A stretch of 59,851 bases of DNA, filler included, from Catajapyx aquilonaris (lineage: Eukaryota), in assembly GCA_000934665.2 (NCBI GenBank). It is 3 parts of 3 records of this genome, joined end to end, with 100 filler letters (N's around TTAATTAATTAA, not from the genome) between each part and the next. Parts side by side here need not be neighbours in the genome. Positions count along the whole stretch, not along the records: positions 19,939 to 39,771 come from JYFJ02006381.1; positions 39,872 to 59,851 come from KZ539526.1; 1 more part is not named here. The stretch is one strand, 5' to 3'. Positions 36,301 through 48,580 of this stretch are shown here, one piece after another (position 1 is the first letter of the stretch; each line of letters opens with the position of its first letter). Made by a program: the position numbers and the translations under genes. The notes beneath the pieces are model-generated. The model did no database searches. It was not told the origin of the DNA and worked only from the letters and a program-made list of their open reading frames with translations.

Positions 36301-39300
36301 ACTACGATTTGTCTTTCTTTTTTTATCTGAAAGCTGAAATAGATTTTTTTTTTTTGTTTTGATGCTAGAATTCAATGTTGCTGGGTATCCACTGTTAATG
36401 GCAGAGAGTGGGAGACGAGAGCGCAGAACAACAACACGATGGCCCGTTTGTTTTTTTTGTGGCCTCTTCTGTGCAATTTGTTTTACGAGTTATCGTAAAA
36501 CGAGTGGAGATCCGGACGTTTTCAATTCTAGCCACCTCTCTCCCTCTTTTTGTGGTGGTGCCAACTGGAGCTATATTTAAAGCCATGTGAGATGAGAGAA
36601 GTGAAAAAATGTTCGTGCAAAGTGGCAATTTCTTGCACGCCCAAAGTTTATATCAGCTCGGAAGGATTCAGATGGAATATTAAATTTATCCGTAATAAAA
36701 ATTATGAGCAGGCCCGCTGGCTTAAAATACTGTATATGCAGTTGAAGACAAGTGACCTAAAATTCATATAATAATACTCAAAATTATGACGGTTGGGGAT
36801 CTGTATTTTTTTGCTGTGTAATGTGTTAGGCTATATGATCGCCTTAACATTTTCAAATGAAATTAAACCGTTCAAGTTAAAGTCTCGCAGCTAATGAACC
36901 TACAGCACCTCAGCTCATTAATGCTACAGGCACTTAAAAGTGATGCATACTTTCTAATTAAATCATTCAAAACTGTATTTTCGGTGCAAACTATTGGAAG
37001 ATGACTCGCCAGGATTATAATAAAAAATGAATTTAAGCACAGCTGATGCCGAACCTATGAGTTAATAGACAAATTAATTCCCACGCTGTTCTCATGAGCA
37101 GTGACGCTTTATTCTCACTCGAATTATGTGTGCGATGTATGCTTTTAATAATGTGAATGGCCTCAAGGTGTTTAGGAAACTTGCATCGCACTTGTGGGAC
37201 ATAAAATGGCAAACAACCATTTGATTCATTAAATGCGCTGGGAGATGAGTCCCCGGAGAATTTCATCGATATTATCTGCGCAGTTTATTAGTGTCATTGC
37301 ACCTGAAAATGCACCACAGCAGAACTGTATAATATTTGCGTTAGTAAGGTTGCTTCTCAGTAAGCGCATATTTTTTGGGATCTATAATAGCGGTGTGTGA
37401 ATCAATCAGTGAACATAAACAGGATAAAACGCAGACATGGTAGAAAATTAATGTGCTTTTGGAAGCTCTTTGATCCAGGGATTTGAGGCTAATGATCGGA
37501 GAATTTGAGATTTCAAGCTCCAATGAACTGGCAGTGCGAACAAATTAATGAATTCAATCAATGAGCAACGGCACGTACCAAAGTTACTAGTATAACCTCC
37601 GTTGCTTCTCTTTCGAGGTCATTCACGTAATCCGCTACTTTTTTGAACGATCAGATTTTTTGTGTGCAAAAAACTCTGTCCTTTTCGGACAGGACACTGA
37701 CCCTGGTGGGTGTGTCCGGCTAAATTTACAGAAAGTGCTCTCGTTTTTGTCAACGGAATGAGAGAGGTCAATGATCTCCGACTGTGCAGAAAGGACTGGA
37801 AAATGTTTCGCTTCAGTGGCGTTACTAGCTTTGACACTTTTTTTGGCCGAGCTCTCTTCCGCCAGAACGAGAATTATACTGTTCTCCATGTTTCAGTATG
37901 TGAGGTCTCATATAATATATACTGTTCGTCCCAGACTGACCATCTGCATTAAAATTAATGTATGACATTTGCTTCATGAACACGAGCTGCCTCAGCTGGA
38001 GTCATGTCGTCTGTCATTATTGAAATCATCAAGCTCTTCGAGGCTGTGCTGCCCACTTTGAAGTTGTCCTGGGAACCAATTTCACGTGACGTTGATACAT
38101 CAAAGGAGGGCATATAATTATGCTTGTTCATACTTTACAGTTTTACAGTATGTGTACATGCTGGTAAGCCTACCTTCACCTGTCAAGGTATGGAAGAATG
38201 GTAGGAGGTCTGACATATTTTACGTGCCGAGAGCAAAGACAAATTCCATGTCAAGTTTCCCGAAATACTCATGGAGACCTGTAGCAACGATTTCGACCTT
38301 TACCCCGCAGCGAATGGCTACTTCTAGCAATCACAATATAACAATAAAGATTAGCGGACTTCAATTTGCTTTCGACCTTCACTTAATTTTGCCAGCACGT
38401 TGACTTAAATATCTACTTGATGGTAAAAGTCGCACGCTATACTCTACACATGGGCAAGTGATAGAGTTTTCACCCCATTATCTTTCGTGACAACGCTCAT
38501 GGAAGATACCGCATGAATAGGTTTTGCAATGAAACCATTGTGTGCCAATATAGCACACATGACCTTTGTTGTTTGTGTACGCCCAGTTTTAATGCCGAAG
38601 CGACTGTTTTTAGACGCGTTCATTTGTGACAAGCATGACAATCAAGTGGTACAAATAATCCATTTGGTGTAAAAATCTAATCAGTTGATTGAAAGCGTAA
38701 CAATTTTCCAGCTGTTCAACCTTCATAATGAGAAAGTCTGGTGAATTAGTGTCCCTTGTGACCTTACTACAATTGCATTCTGCCGATCGTTATTTTTCCA
38801 GCATTACGAACGAATTAATGCAAAATCACTAGAGACCATATTAAAATCAAGCCATCCATTCAAACATCTATGCAACACGACTTTTCCTAAAGATGGGTAG
38901 TCAGCGATGTACTGTACTGATACGTGATCCAAGTCGATGATAAAATAGATTGCCCATAGAAACAACTACTCCTACAGTTAAAAAAACATGATAAAATTTA
39001 CAAGTACCAAACATAATTCCAGCACATTATTCACCAACTCGTAGAGGGTATCATTCTATGCACCCACCCTTAATATTGAATTGCGCCTCATACACCTGTA
39101 CACACATTTGGATTGATGGTTTTACTGCACCATACACAGGAGAGAAATGATGCACATACACTATAGACTATACAGTGTGAGTCAAATTACTTTACCACAA
39201 CTCAAGGTGCCTTGCCACGGTTAATTCCGACACTGATCCGTTCATTTTTGGATCGGCTTTCAGATAGGACAAGGTAAACCATATTCCGTTACTAGTAAAC

Positions 39301-39771
39301 ACAATGTGCAAATAGACTCGGGTACCTTTGTCAATCTCATTGTGTCATTTGAGCAGTGTGAATGAAATTAGAGTGGGTGTATTCTGCGTCCTCCTGGGAT
39401 GGAAGTGGGAGAGGATGGGATTATGTGCGGTCTACGTGGCCAAGTTGATGGGCTACCTCATTGAGTGGTTTAAAAAAGAGAGATGCCACTGCTCCTGAAT
39501 AACCATCAAAATGTAAAACAGTAGAACGGGTAGAATAGTACAGTTCGTAATAGAGCAGCTGAGGTTTAGTTCAAAACTTCCGTACTCCCAATATGCTGAC
39601 ATCATAGGTCACATTGATTTGTTAGTCAAGTCTTGGCCGATTAGGGACCGTTTTGCTATAAGTATAGTACCGGTAGTTGTCAGGAACCCCCACCTGCGGG
39701 GTCCCTGGCTCCGTACTAGCTCACGGGTTCAATCAAACACGGACACCGGATGAGGTATAAATGTAACTGTA

Positions 39772-39871
39772 NNNNNNNNNNNNNNNNNNNNNNNNNNNNN
39801 NNNNNNNNNNNNNNNTTAATTAATTAANNNNNNNNNNNNNNNNNNNNNNNNNNNNNNNNNNNNNNNNNNNN
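39772..39871. other. Assembly gap with artificial TTAATTAATTAA linker
   Basis: Same 100-nt structure as 19839-19938. Confidence 0.97.
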
Positions 39872-40764
39872 GCAACTGTTTGATTTCTGCACAGGTCGCC
39901 ATGTTGCCAATTTAACCAGCGGAGGGGAGAAGCGAAACGCGCAAACGTCCGACCTTGCCGGACTCTCTAGCCTGTCTGTTATTTATGAATTTTTACAAGC
40001 TATGAAAGATACAAATTGTTTGCGGACCAAATGGAACAAGGGCATAAAAAAGCAAGTAAAAGAACACACAGATTGCTTCCCAACCTAACGGTGCGGTGCA
40101 AGAATGGCAAGAACTACAACACTATTTAAAACATACACTTCAAAAAGATAGCAAAACCTGACATAACAAATAAGCTTCATCATAATACCATTACTTTACT
40201 ATAAAATAATTGTTGTCAATGCGCATTTTAATGGAATATTTTAAAGTTCCCATTGGCACAACCAACCTCGTGTCTACTTCTGGAGTGCCTGCAGATTATG
40301 GAAATATTTTGCATCATGATGGCTGTTTCATTCTTACTCATACTTCATACTTGACATTGTTTATCATAATCCATGTCAAACACATGAACACTACAATCCT
40401 GCACATTTGTTTAAATAATAATAAGTGGTCACAGTCATGTTAATCATATAGCAATGCCACAAATGAACGGAAAATGTGACTGTAATTATTACTTCTCTTG
40501 CCAGCATCCAAACCTTCACTCATATACAAGAGTGGTTTACACATTCAGTAGCAATAATACTTTCAAATGCATTATTCTCGCATATTCATCCCTCGCTGTT
40601 TTTCATTTCTATCAGCTCCTGGAAATGCAAGCAAGCTTCCAGTTGTACGACATAATGCCTTAAAGTAAGCTGTACTACGTAATTAAACAAGACATGTTAG
40701 GTAATAGTGTAATATTAAATTGTAGTAATGCTAAAATTGCCATCATAAAGTTAGTGAAGACCTT

Positions 40765-42893
40765 TTATTCGCTTTTCTTTTCAATTATTGTGTCTAAAAT
40801 GCGATTTATAGTTAGGCCCTGCTGGGCAATTGTCTGGAGAAACATTTCTGTAATTTTTTGCTCATGCTCTCTGGCAGCCTTCAACTCTTTCTTCTCCTCC
40901 TTATGTGTCTCTTGGACTGCTTCAATTTCATTCAGCAATCTTTCTGTGGTGGCACAACAATAGTTTGCATGTGTGTCATCAGTTCTTGTGCGCTTACGGG
41001 CAGAACTATCTTCTGCAGCTGGAGGAAGTAAATTTAAAAAAAACACACATGTTATTTGAATCGTGATACATATATGTACTGTATTATGAAAGATTTAATT
41101 GCGTAATGTATTTGAACTTGATATGGTCCCCATGCATGTTCAATACCAACCTAATTGTAATGAATTCCCAGAGAAAATGATGTACATGCCAAGTTGGTTA
41201 GAAGAGTGTATACAGTGGTATACAGTATTCTGACAAGTTAGTGACAACCACAAGGTCTGCGAAAGGAAGCAACATGTCTGTCTCCCACTGCAGGTGGAGA
41301 CAGACAAATTTTTATCTACATATTAATTGGCATAATTGAGACCAACCATGGTTTGTCTCAATAATGGCAATTAATGTACATATTTTTTAAGTGAAAACTT
41401 ACTGAATGTGTGAATCATAGAAAATGGTGCGATAAGATTACGCGAATCAACAAATGAAATATTTCCAAAAAGACCAGGAAAGAAATTGTACAGTCATGGA
41501 TAATTACCAAACAATTAGTCATGACATAATGTTTCAAAAAAAACCCTTCCTTTTCTGTGAGGAAGAGGCAAACATACAGGTTAGCCCTATCCCAAAGTAC
41601 AGTAATTACTCCCAAACTTCCATGTAGCGATGCAGGCCATCACATTGTGACTTCCTTGGCAGGAAGAAATAATTCAGTTATGTTAAATAAAGCTCAGATG
41701 TAATTCAAGCTGAATATATTGACTGGATTGATTGATATGTCAAAATCTTAATGGGTATCACTATAGTATCGGAGAGTTCAGTTACAAGGTCAAGTTAACC
41801 GTAGCTTTGGCACCTTCCCACTTACAATAAAAGTGTTCAAACCTTTGTCATTATTTGTGGATTCCTCATCACTACCTATCTCAGATAAGGAGTCTTGGGA
41901 CGGTCCAGCTTGGTTATCATGGCCTGAAATGATCGTTGTTAATACTCGTCGTATTATTGTTATCAACCATTTCGCTACCAGCTATAGGCCAAAACGTCAA
42001 TTTATATACGTACCTTTTTAGCCCTCCTTAATTATTGCTTTCTACACTTCATAGAAAAATGCGGCAAGTCCCCAAGTGTAAGTGGATCGTTTTGCAACAT
42101 TGTAAGTCAAATTTTACGCACACAGAAAAATGGCCGCGTCAGGTGACACGCTATGGTAGTCAGGTGACGATATCCAGTTTGACTCGGCAAGCAGAGTCAC
42201 AGTCAGTTCACTCTCCACACAAGTCGCCTGACACCTCAGGGGAGTCAAAGGACCACCCCTCCCCGAACTGCTCTGACTATCCTGGCGAGTCCACTGATGA
42301 CCCTGGGGAGTCCCTCGACCATCCTGGCGAGTCACAGGACACCCAAGAGGAGTCAAATCCTTTGACTCCCCTGAGGTGTCAGGCGACTTGTTTGGAGAGT
42401 GAACTGACTCTGCTTGGCGAGTCATGACTACTATAGCGTGTCACCTGACGCGGCCATTTTTCTGTGTGCGTAATTAGGATAGTTTAAAATCATACAATGT
42501 ACTAGGCTATAATTATTATGTAAGTTATGCGCATGGCAGAATTTTTTAAAATGAAAATCCAAATCTATTTATTCCAGAGCTACAAAAGTTGGAGATCGCA
42601 TGTATTGTTATTATCACAACTATAGTAATAATTGCTAATGTCACTGTAATTAATACATGCCGAGACGTACATATTATAATCTATTGAGCATACAAGTAGA
42701 ATTGAAATGCATCCAGCCAATGTTAGCAGATTGGAGTTATTTACACCAACAAGTGGCTTTTTTGCTCTATCACCTGGTAAAGTCCATTTAGTCTTAAAGA
42801 TTCGCAATGTTATATATGAAAGTGTGGAGTTCTGTCGGAAGAAACTTACCCCTCTTGTAATTCTGTGGTTGTGCTGATGGCCGATCCGGTGTT
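40765..42893 (-). CDS. Partial multi-exon gene of unknown function with an acidic linker and C-terminal coiled coil; candidate exons 42893-42850, 41923-41843, 41018-40765
   Basis: Polypyrimidine-AG acceptors and GT donors with compatible phases. Translation ..GHDNQAGPSQDSLSEIGSDEEST..SARKRTRT..ERLLNEIEAVQETHKEEKKELKAAREHEQKITEMFLQTIAQQ..KKSE*. AATAAA overlaps the stop. The 5' end was not found. Confidence 0.45.
42117..42470. mobile_element. Long-TIR MITE with CAC termini and internal GAGTC subrepeats (CACTA/EnSpm-like or TA-targeting MITE)
   Basis: Inverted arms of more than 100 bp starting CGCACACAGAAAAATGGCCGCGTCAGGTGACACGCTAT; flanked by TA. Internal approximately 21-bp CCTGGCGAGTC repeats. 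Confidence 0.85.
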
Positions 42894-43188
42894 CTGCAAG
42901 GTAGAATAAACATACCTGGAAGAAATGCCTAAAAATTCATGTCTTGCAGACTAGACTGCATAGGTTTTCCACAGTAGACATGCATCGATGCATGCAGGAT
43001 TTTTTAGTGGCAGATTTCACTGCACTTTGCCTACCATGATTGGAATTCATCCTGCCAGATTGCCCTTCGCTGACACTTGCACTGACAGTTTCTACACTCC
43101 CTGGGTCTGTAATGGAACCAATATAGCAGTTATAGCTTATTGAAAATGATCAAATGAGAAATTTTTAGAACATACTGTACATTCACAA

Positions 43189-43741
43189 GAAGGGTTAAAT
43201 GCAATAAGGGGTTAAGTCCACTTTTGGGGCAAATGGAGATTTCAGGCGCAAAGTGTGGGGGAAAAAAATTCTGCATCAATATGTGTAAGAAGGGTACACG
43301 TACCTAGAATAGCAGGCGACATATGCCCATACAATATATTCTTTTGTGCAACAAAGTTGTGCAACAAAGAGGCACGTCCATGGACGTGTATCGCTACTGC
43401 ATTATCTTGCTTTCAACATCACTGCTATAAGGATACAAGTCCGGCTGACGTGTACCCTTATTGCACGAATCTGATCCTTTATCAAGATGGATATCCTTTA
43501 TCAAAGATGGTGCTAAGCTACTATTATTCGGATTTCATTGCCTTCCCTAGACTTTGTTGAGCTATAACTACAAACTTATGACAATTAAGAATCGAGAATG
43601 AACTGGCATGGTCCTAAGGTGAGGAGTGACATAATATTTAATTTTGGATGCAATAGCTCTATTCGTTTTTTCAATTGGTTTTTTCTTGTTTAACAAAAGT
43701 TGGGTTCTGTGGACTTAACACCTTATTGCATTTAACCCTTC
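43189..43741. mobile_element. Non-autonomous DNA transposon with 33-bp TIRs
   Basis: GAAGGGTTAAATGCAATAAGG(G/T)GTTAAGTCCAC inverted at both ends with one mismatch. TSD not evident. Confidence 0.8.
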
Positions 43742-44280
43742 ATATTGATAATTATGTTCTTTCCCATTGACATGCTGCATGCGTACATGTAGGGCCTACT
43801 GCTTTCTGTTGTTAGCTACACTCTTCCTTCTATCATCTGGAAATGGCCAGGAATGGTGGTCGTTAGAGAACACTTCTGTTTAAAGTTTGGTCTCTTTCCT
43901 GCCACAAAATGACTCCAGTTTTTCTAGAGAAAATAGCACACAACAGGTGTTTATTTATTTGAATACAAAGGAGCTATCTTCTAGAAGATTAGATTACATG
44001 GGGGATGGGGCAAATTGAGGCAAACGAAGAGAAAATTGAAGACAAAAGAAAGGCTGTGGATCTTCCTTTGCCTATCCTCCTTACTCCAAAACGATCTAAT
44101 ATACCAGGTTTATTGGGTAAACAAGTTCCTTATGATCTCTCAAGAAGCAGGTGGTTAATCTGGATAGCTCACAGTCCACTTTTTCTTTTCGGAAATTCCA
44201 TGTAAAAGATGTGGCATCATAATTATGAAAATGTCTGTCACATAACTGGTAGGTTCTTTAGCAACAACCTCCGGAACTAC

Positions 44281-45360
44281 AGTATTTGCATAAATTCCAT
44301 GTCAATGTTTATAAGCAGTTTAATTTTCTTAACAAATATCAACATACAAACTAATATTCAGTTACACAACCACAACATAACAAAGACATAGTGATCGCAT
44401 ACAAAAATATTAAAACGGATACTGGTACCTAGTCTTCCACAGTACGGCACCTTTGAAACTGATATATAGAGAAGAGGTTCCCAACCTGGGGTATGTGGGA
44501 GGATTTCAGCGGGGGGGGGNNNNNNNNNNNNNNNGTGGTTGGGGGGGGGGGGGGGCGTGAGGCTATGAGAAATAAGGAAAATAATGTAACATGCTTGCGC
44601 TTGGCGCTGCTGGAAATAATTATGAAGGGACCGACTGTTCTACTTCCTTACATCCGACAGTCATTCCTGAAGGTCTCGCCTCATAAATATTTTTACGTAC
44701 AGTAGACTATTTGCATAAATTCCATGCAAATATTATGCAAACACTGCATATAAAATTATTTATGAGGTGAGACCTCAGGAATGACGTAAGCAGTGCAGTG
44801 GTTCCCAACCTTCTTTTTTTTTTTTTTTTTTGATCGCGGCTACGCACACCGAAAATTCTGAAGGCACCCAGGCACCCCTAACTTCATAAATAATTAGTAT
44901 AATACTTCTGTTGCAAATAGTGCCTTAACGGCTGGGTAAGTCCATTAAAATCCTTAAGAGTCAATATTTCATAGTGAATAGTGGTATATAGTAAATGTAG
45001 TTATATTACATTTCAACAGTATTATGACACTTATTGTATAAAATATTATAACACCATCGATTTCTAATTTCATTTTCGCCCGTGGCGTAACCGCGGAAAA
45101 CTATATAATTATATGCCATTTTTTCGCGTCACCCCTGAATGACATCCGCGGTACCCCAGTTGGGATAAATGTCAAATTGCTGAGGAGAGAAATAAAATTT
45201 CCATGCCAATTTTTAACCTATTCAATTTTCTTTAAAGATCAACACGCAAACTAATATTCAGTTACACAACCGCAACATAACAATGTAGACATTGTAAAGA
45301 CATCATGATAACTATTACACCAATTTTAAAACGGAGAGTATTTCCACAATACCTTTGGAT
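44281..45360 (+). repeat. Diverged local duplication (44281-44456 vs about 45197-45360) separated by TE insertions and a fold-back at 44660-44785
   Basis: Shared CAAACTAATATTCAGTTACACAACC.CAACATAACAA...TTAAAACGGA. Inverted GTCATTCCTGA..GGTCTC.CCTCATAAATA arms. Confidence 0.65.
44796..45171. mobile_element. hAT/Charlie-like MITE
   Basis: 5' CAGTGGTTCCCAACCT and a degenerate 3' GTTGGGATAAATG end, with GGCACCC subterminal motifs. Confidence 0.55.
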
Positions 45361-46654
45361 GCGCCAGTCGTTCCCAGAGTGGGACCGTTGAAAGGCAAGA
45401 CGCAAGAGTCAACTCCAAAAAAAAGTCAAGAGATAAATCATCTTTAGATTAAAAGGGGAGACCAAAATGTCCAAAAATCCCACCCCCAAGCCTTTTTGTC
45501 CCTATCGCTTCTCTTTCCATCGAGGGCCGAATATGTCCCTTTTCTGGCTTATAGGACCGTTCCCCATCGTCCCCCGGACCCTCGGGTTTCTTTCTTTGTG
45601 TAAGGTACTTCTGTGTGTGGAGGGTCCCGAGAGAGCCCGGTTTTTCACCTGGCTAAATGGTTTTGCAATCCCTTCCATAAAAATCCGGCACTCTAGGCAA
45701 GGCCAGCTACTTGAACCCACATCTCAAACAATGCAAGTGGAGATTACACGGTTTCTGGTTTTAGTCACAACTTTTAAACATGAACAAATCACTATTATGA
45801 GTCGAAAAATCATATATCAGAATGATAAGAAACAAAGTTACAAAGGTTTTTCAGACTTTCTGGACTGAGAAAGAATATCCAGTGTATATCATACTACTTT
45901 CTACTCACTCAAGTACCGTGCTAACACAAGGCTTGACGAGACAGTCCATGCGATGCGATGGCATGGGTCAAGATAAATGGCCTCACCTGCCCCCCTGGGT
46001 GTAATAAGTTATTAAAGGTTACTCAAAAGGGGCCATAAACTTAAGTGACATGCACATGTGACACCACGTTGGTTACATCATGATATGTAGGGCTATTCCC
46101 TCCGGTCTTGTCGCAAAATTAATCATGCCAAAACGTAATACTACAATGCAATAGGTGGAAATAGAATACGTACAATTTCATATAGCATACTACGCATATA
46201 TTATGAAATGCAAGTTAACCTGTTACCATATACGTAAAAATAGTGAAGAGCTTTTCTTGCCTTTTCGTAGCTCACATTCCCTTTCATAGTTTCATGTCAA
46301 AGCTGCATTCCTCTCTATTATTCACATCACTCTACTCTATGAGGTAGTCATGATTCATGCTAAAGTGCAGTCTATGCTGACCAGTTCTCGGAAGTGAAGT
46401 TTAGTGTCCTCTTATGCTTTCGTGACAACACACAATTGTCCTCAATTGTTGAGAGCATTTACCCAGCGAGTGAATTTTCTTATCTCATTATTGTGTTGTG
46501 TCTGTCACATTTCTTGCGACCACAATCAATTGGAGACACACAAAGTGCGCCGAATGAAACACTCATAAACCACGACGCATAGATCTTTCTGACATTAAAA
46601 TAATTATAACCAGAGTTGAAGAGCAGTACTAAAGCTATACGAGCGTTGTTCAAG

Positions 46655-48580
46655 ATGTGGTCTTCTGCCGTACTGGTGCTACTATCGCATCTTTGGACAT
46701 GTTACGCAGCAGGTCAAGTGACTCGAACAGAGCTGGACAATGAAGACCTGCTGGTGTCTACCCTGCTGGCAAATCTTGTGATGACTAATGAACTTAGAGA
46801 GTGCTCTTTGGCTGTAGTGTGGAATTCGGATTGGATTGGTCATCACATACGAATGGCATTACTCCTGCAAGGTCATCTCTACCGTCCCATAGTACTGAGC
46901 AAGATGCCAAAGGACTACCACCATCCTTTGGACAAGTACAAGTGGCTGACCTCAAGAGACCAGCTGTACAACTTCAGAACCATGCCCCCTGACCTCAAGT
47001 CCCGTCTGTGGCCTGGAGGATCCTGCACCTTCCACTTCGTCATGGTAACCCACGCCTCACTCTTTTCGGACATAGTGCTTCACATGGTGGAATCAGTGCA
47101 CGTGAAGAACCTGGACTCCAGGTTCCTCTTCCATTTCCAAGAGGGAGATCCGGATCAGGTCATGTTGAGGTCACCTGCTGAAGGAATCAAGTTCAAGTTA
47201 GCAACAAAGGTCACTCCTGAAGGTCTGTCACTGTCCACTGTGTGTCTGTACTGCAATTCGGGTAAACCGGTCATCACGAGCCTTGGTCTGTACGAGAACA
47301 CCACACAAAACCTGTTCCCGGACACAGCACGGTTTATGAACGGCCATGAAGTGAATACTGTGTACATCTCAGACGTCGACATGGAGCAAGTTCGCAAAAC
47401 TGATCGTGAGTTTGGTGAAAACGCGAACTACATCACAACCCGGGGTTTTGCAGTCAACGAGCAGAAGCTTGGGCTGCGATTCACTGTACATGAGTTGCAG
47501 AATCTGGAAGAAGACTTTGAGCACAGATTGCCTAACGGGTCATGGAGTGGAATGGTTGGAGAAATCTTGACTGGTAAAGCGGACAACTCCGTGTTCACTG
47601 TGCTGACAGACGAATCGGCCAGGTTTGTTAGAGCCACGTTTCCGGTACTGTACATAACATTCAAGTTCGTTGCTAAGGCGCCTCGAGGTGTAATTCGATG
47701 GCAAATTATATACGAGCCATTCGAGCCCATGGTATGGTTAGCATTGACCGCTGGTGTGGCCCTATCAACCGTCGTTGTGTTTGTAATATTCCGGAGTCGG
47801 TATGCTTCATCGCCAGTGACATTCGTCAGGTCTGCCAGTTTCGCAGTACGAGCTTTGATAGAGCAGCCTGTGGATCTTCCGTCCTACCAAGTGTTTTACG
47901 CGTTTGCAGCATTTTACGCAATTTTTTATATCGTGATTGCTTGTGCGTACAGAGCCAAACTTGTGGGTTTCTTGTCCTATCCTAGAAAAGAGTTTGTGCC
48001 TTCCACGTTCGAAGAATTGGTCGATTCAGACTGGGATTACGGAGCGCCGCTAATTGAATACTTGGCACTCAGAAAAAACGCGGCTCTAGCCGGAAATTCA
48101 TTGTACATAAAATTGATGAAAAATGCTGAATTAGGCGGGGAAATTGAGCAATGTCTTGAATCGGTCATGTCTCGTAAAAAATTCGCTTGCATTTGCTCCG
48201 ACATCAGACTCGACATGGAGAAGGCCAAGTATGTGGACTTGGATGGCCACCTCAGAATACAAATATCGTCTGAGGGAATCATGAGCATGTTTCTTTCCCC
48301 GATATATGGCATGGGAGAGACATTTGCTCCAGCCAGCGAAGAACTGCAGAAGAGATATGTAGAAGCCGGAATTTTCAACCAATGGCTCATTGACGACGAA
48401 TTCAAAAGTTTTGCCAAGTATGTGCTGCCAAATTATAAGGGCGTATTGCAAGGGATGGTGGAGGAAATGGAGAATGATATATTTAGTATGGAGGAATTGT
48501 CAGCTCCGTTTTATTTGTTGATTTTTGGAATAACTATTTCCACAGTTGTGTTGGCAGTGGAAATGTTTTATTCTGCTTGA
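46655..48580 (+). CDS. Divergent ionotropic receptor (IR, variant iGluR chemoreceptor), intronless, copy 1
   Basis: First ATG at 46655 with a signal peptide. S1 LPNGSWSGMVGEI, IYEPFEPMVW-M1, pore ALIEQP, M3 CAYRAKLVGFLSYP, PSTFEELV, S2 RYVEAGIFNQW, MEELSAPFYLL-M4. Confidence 0.9.
   Translation: MWSSAVLVLLSHLWTCYAAGQVTRTELDNEDLLVSTLLANLVMTNELRECSLAVVWNSDWIGHHIRMALLLQGHLYRPIVLSKMPKDYHHPLDKYKWLTSRDQLYNFRTMPPDLKSRLWPGGSCTFHFVMVTHASLFSDIVLHMVESVHVKNLDSRFLFHFQEGDPDQVMLRSPAEGIKFKLATKVTPEGLSLSTVCLYCNSGKPVITSLGLYENTTQNLFPDTARFMNGHEVNTVYISDVDMEQVRKTDREFGENANYITTRGFAVNEQKLGLRFTVHELQNLEEDFEHRLPNGSWSGMVGEILTGKADNSVFTVLTDESARFVRATFPVLYITFKFVAKAPRGVIRWQIIYEPFEPMVWLALTAGVALSTVVVFVIFRSRYASSPVTFVRSASFAVRALIEQPVDLPSYQVFYAFAAFYAIFYIVIACAYRAKLVGFLSYPRKEFVPSTFEELVDSDWDYGAPLIEYLALRKNAALAGNSLYIKLMKNAELGGEIEQCLESVMSRKKFACICSDIRLDMEKAKYVDLDGHLRIQISSEGIMSMFLSPIYGMGETFAPASEELQKRYVEAGIFNQWLIDDEFKSFAKYVLPNYKGVLQGMVEEMENDIFSMEELSAPFYLLIFGITISTVVLAVEMFYSA

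Noticed and set aside
42035..42427. ORFs with PGES repeats on both strands
   Set aside because: Produced by the MITE's inverted arms and GAGTC subrepeats.
46616..46654. TTG-initiated N-terminal extension of IR copy 1 from the ORF track
   Set aside because: This is a eukaryotic gene; the ATG at 46655 gives a signal peptide aligned with the start of copy 2.
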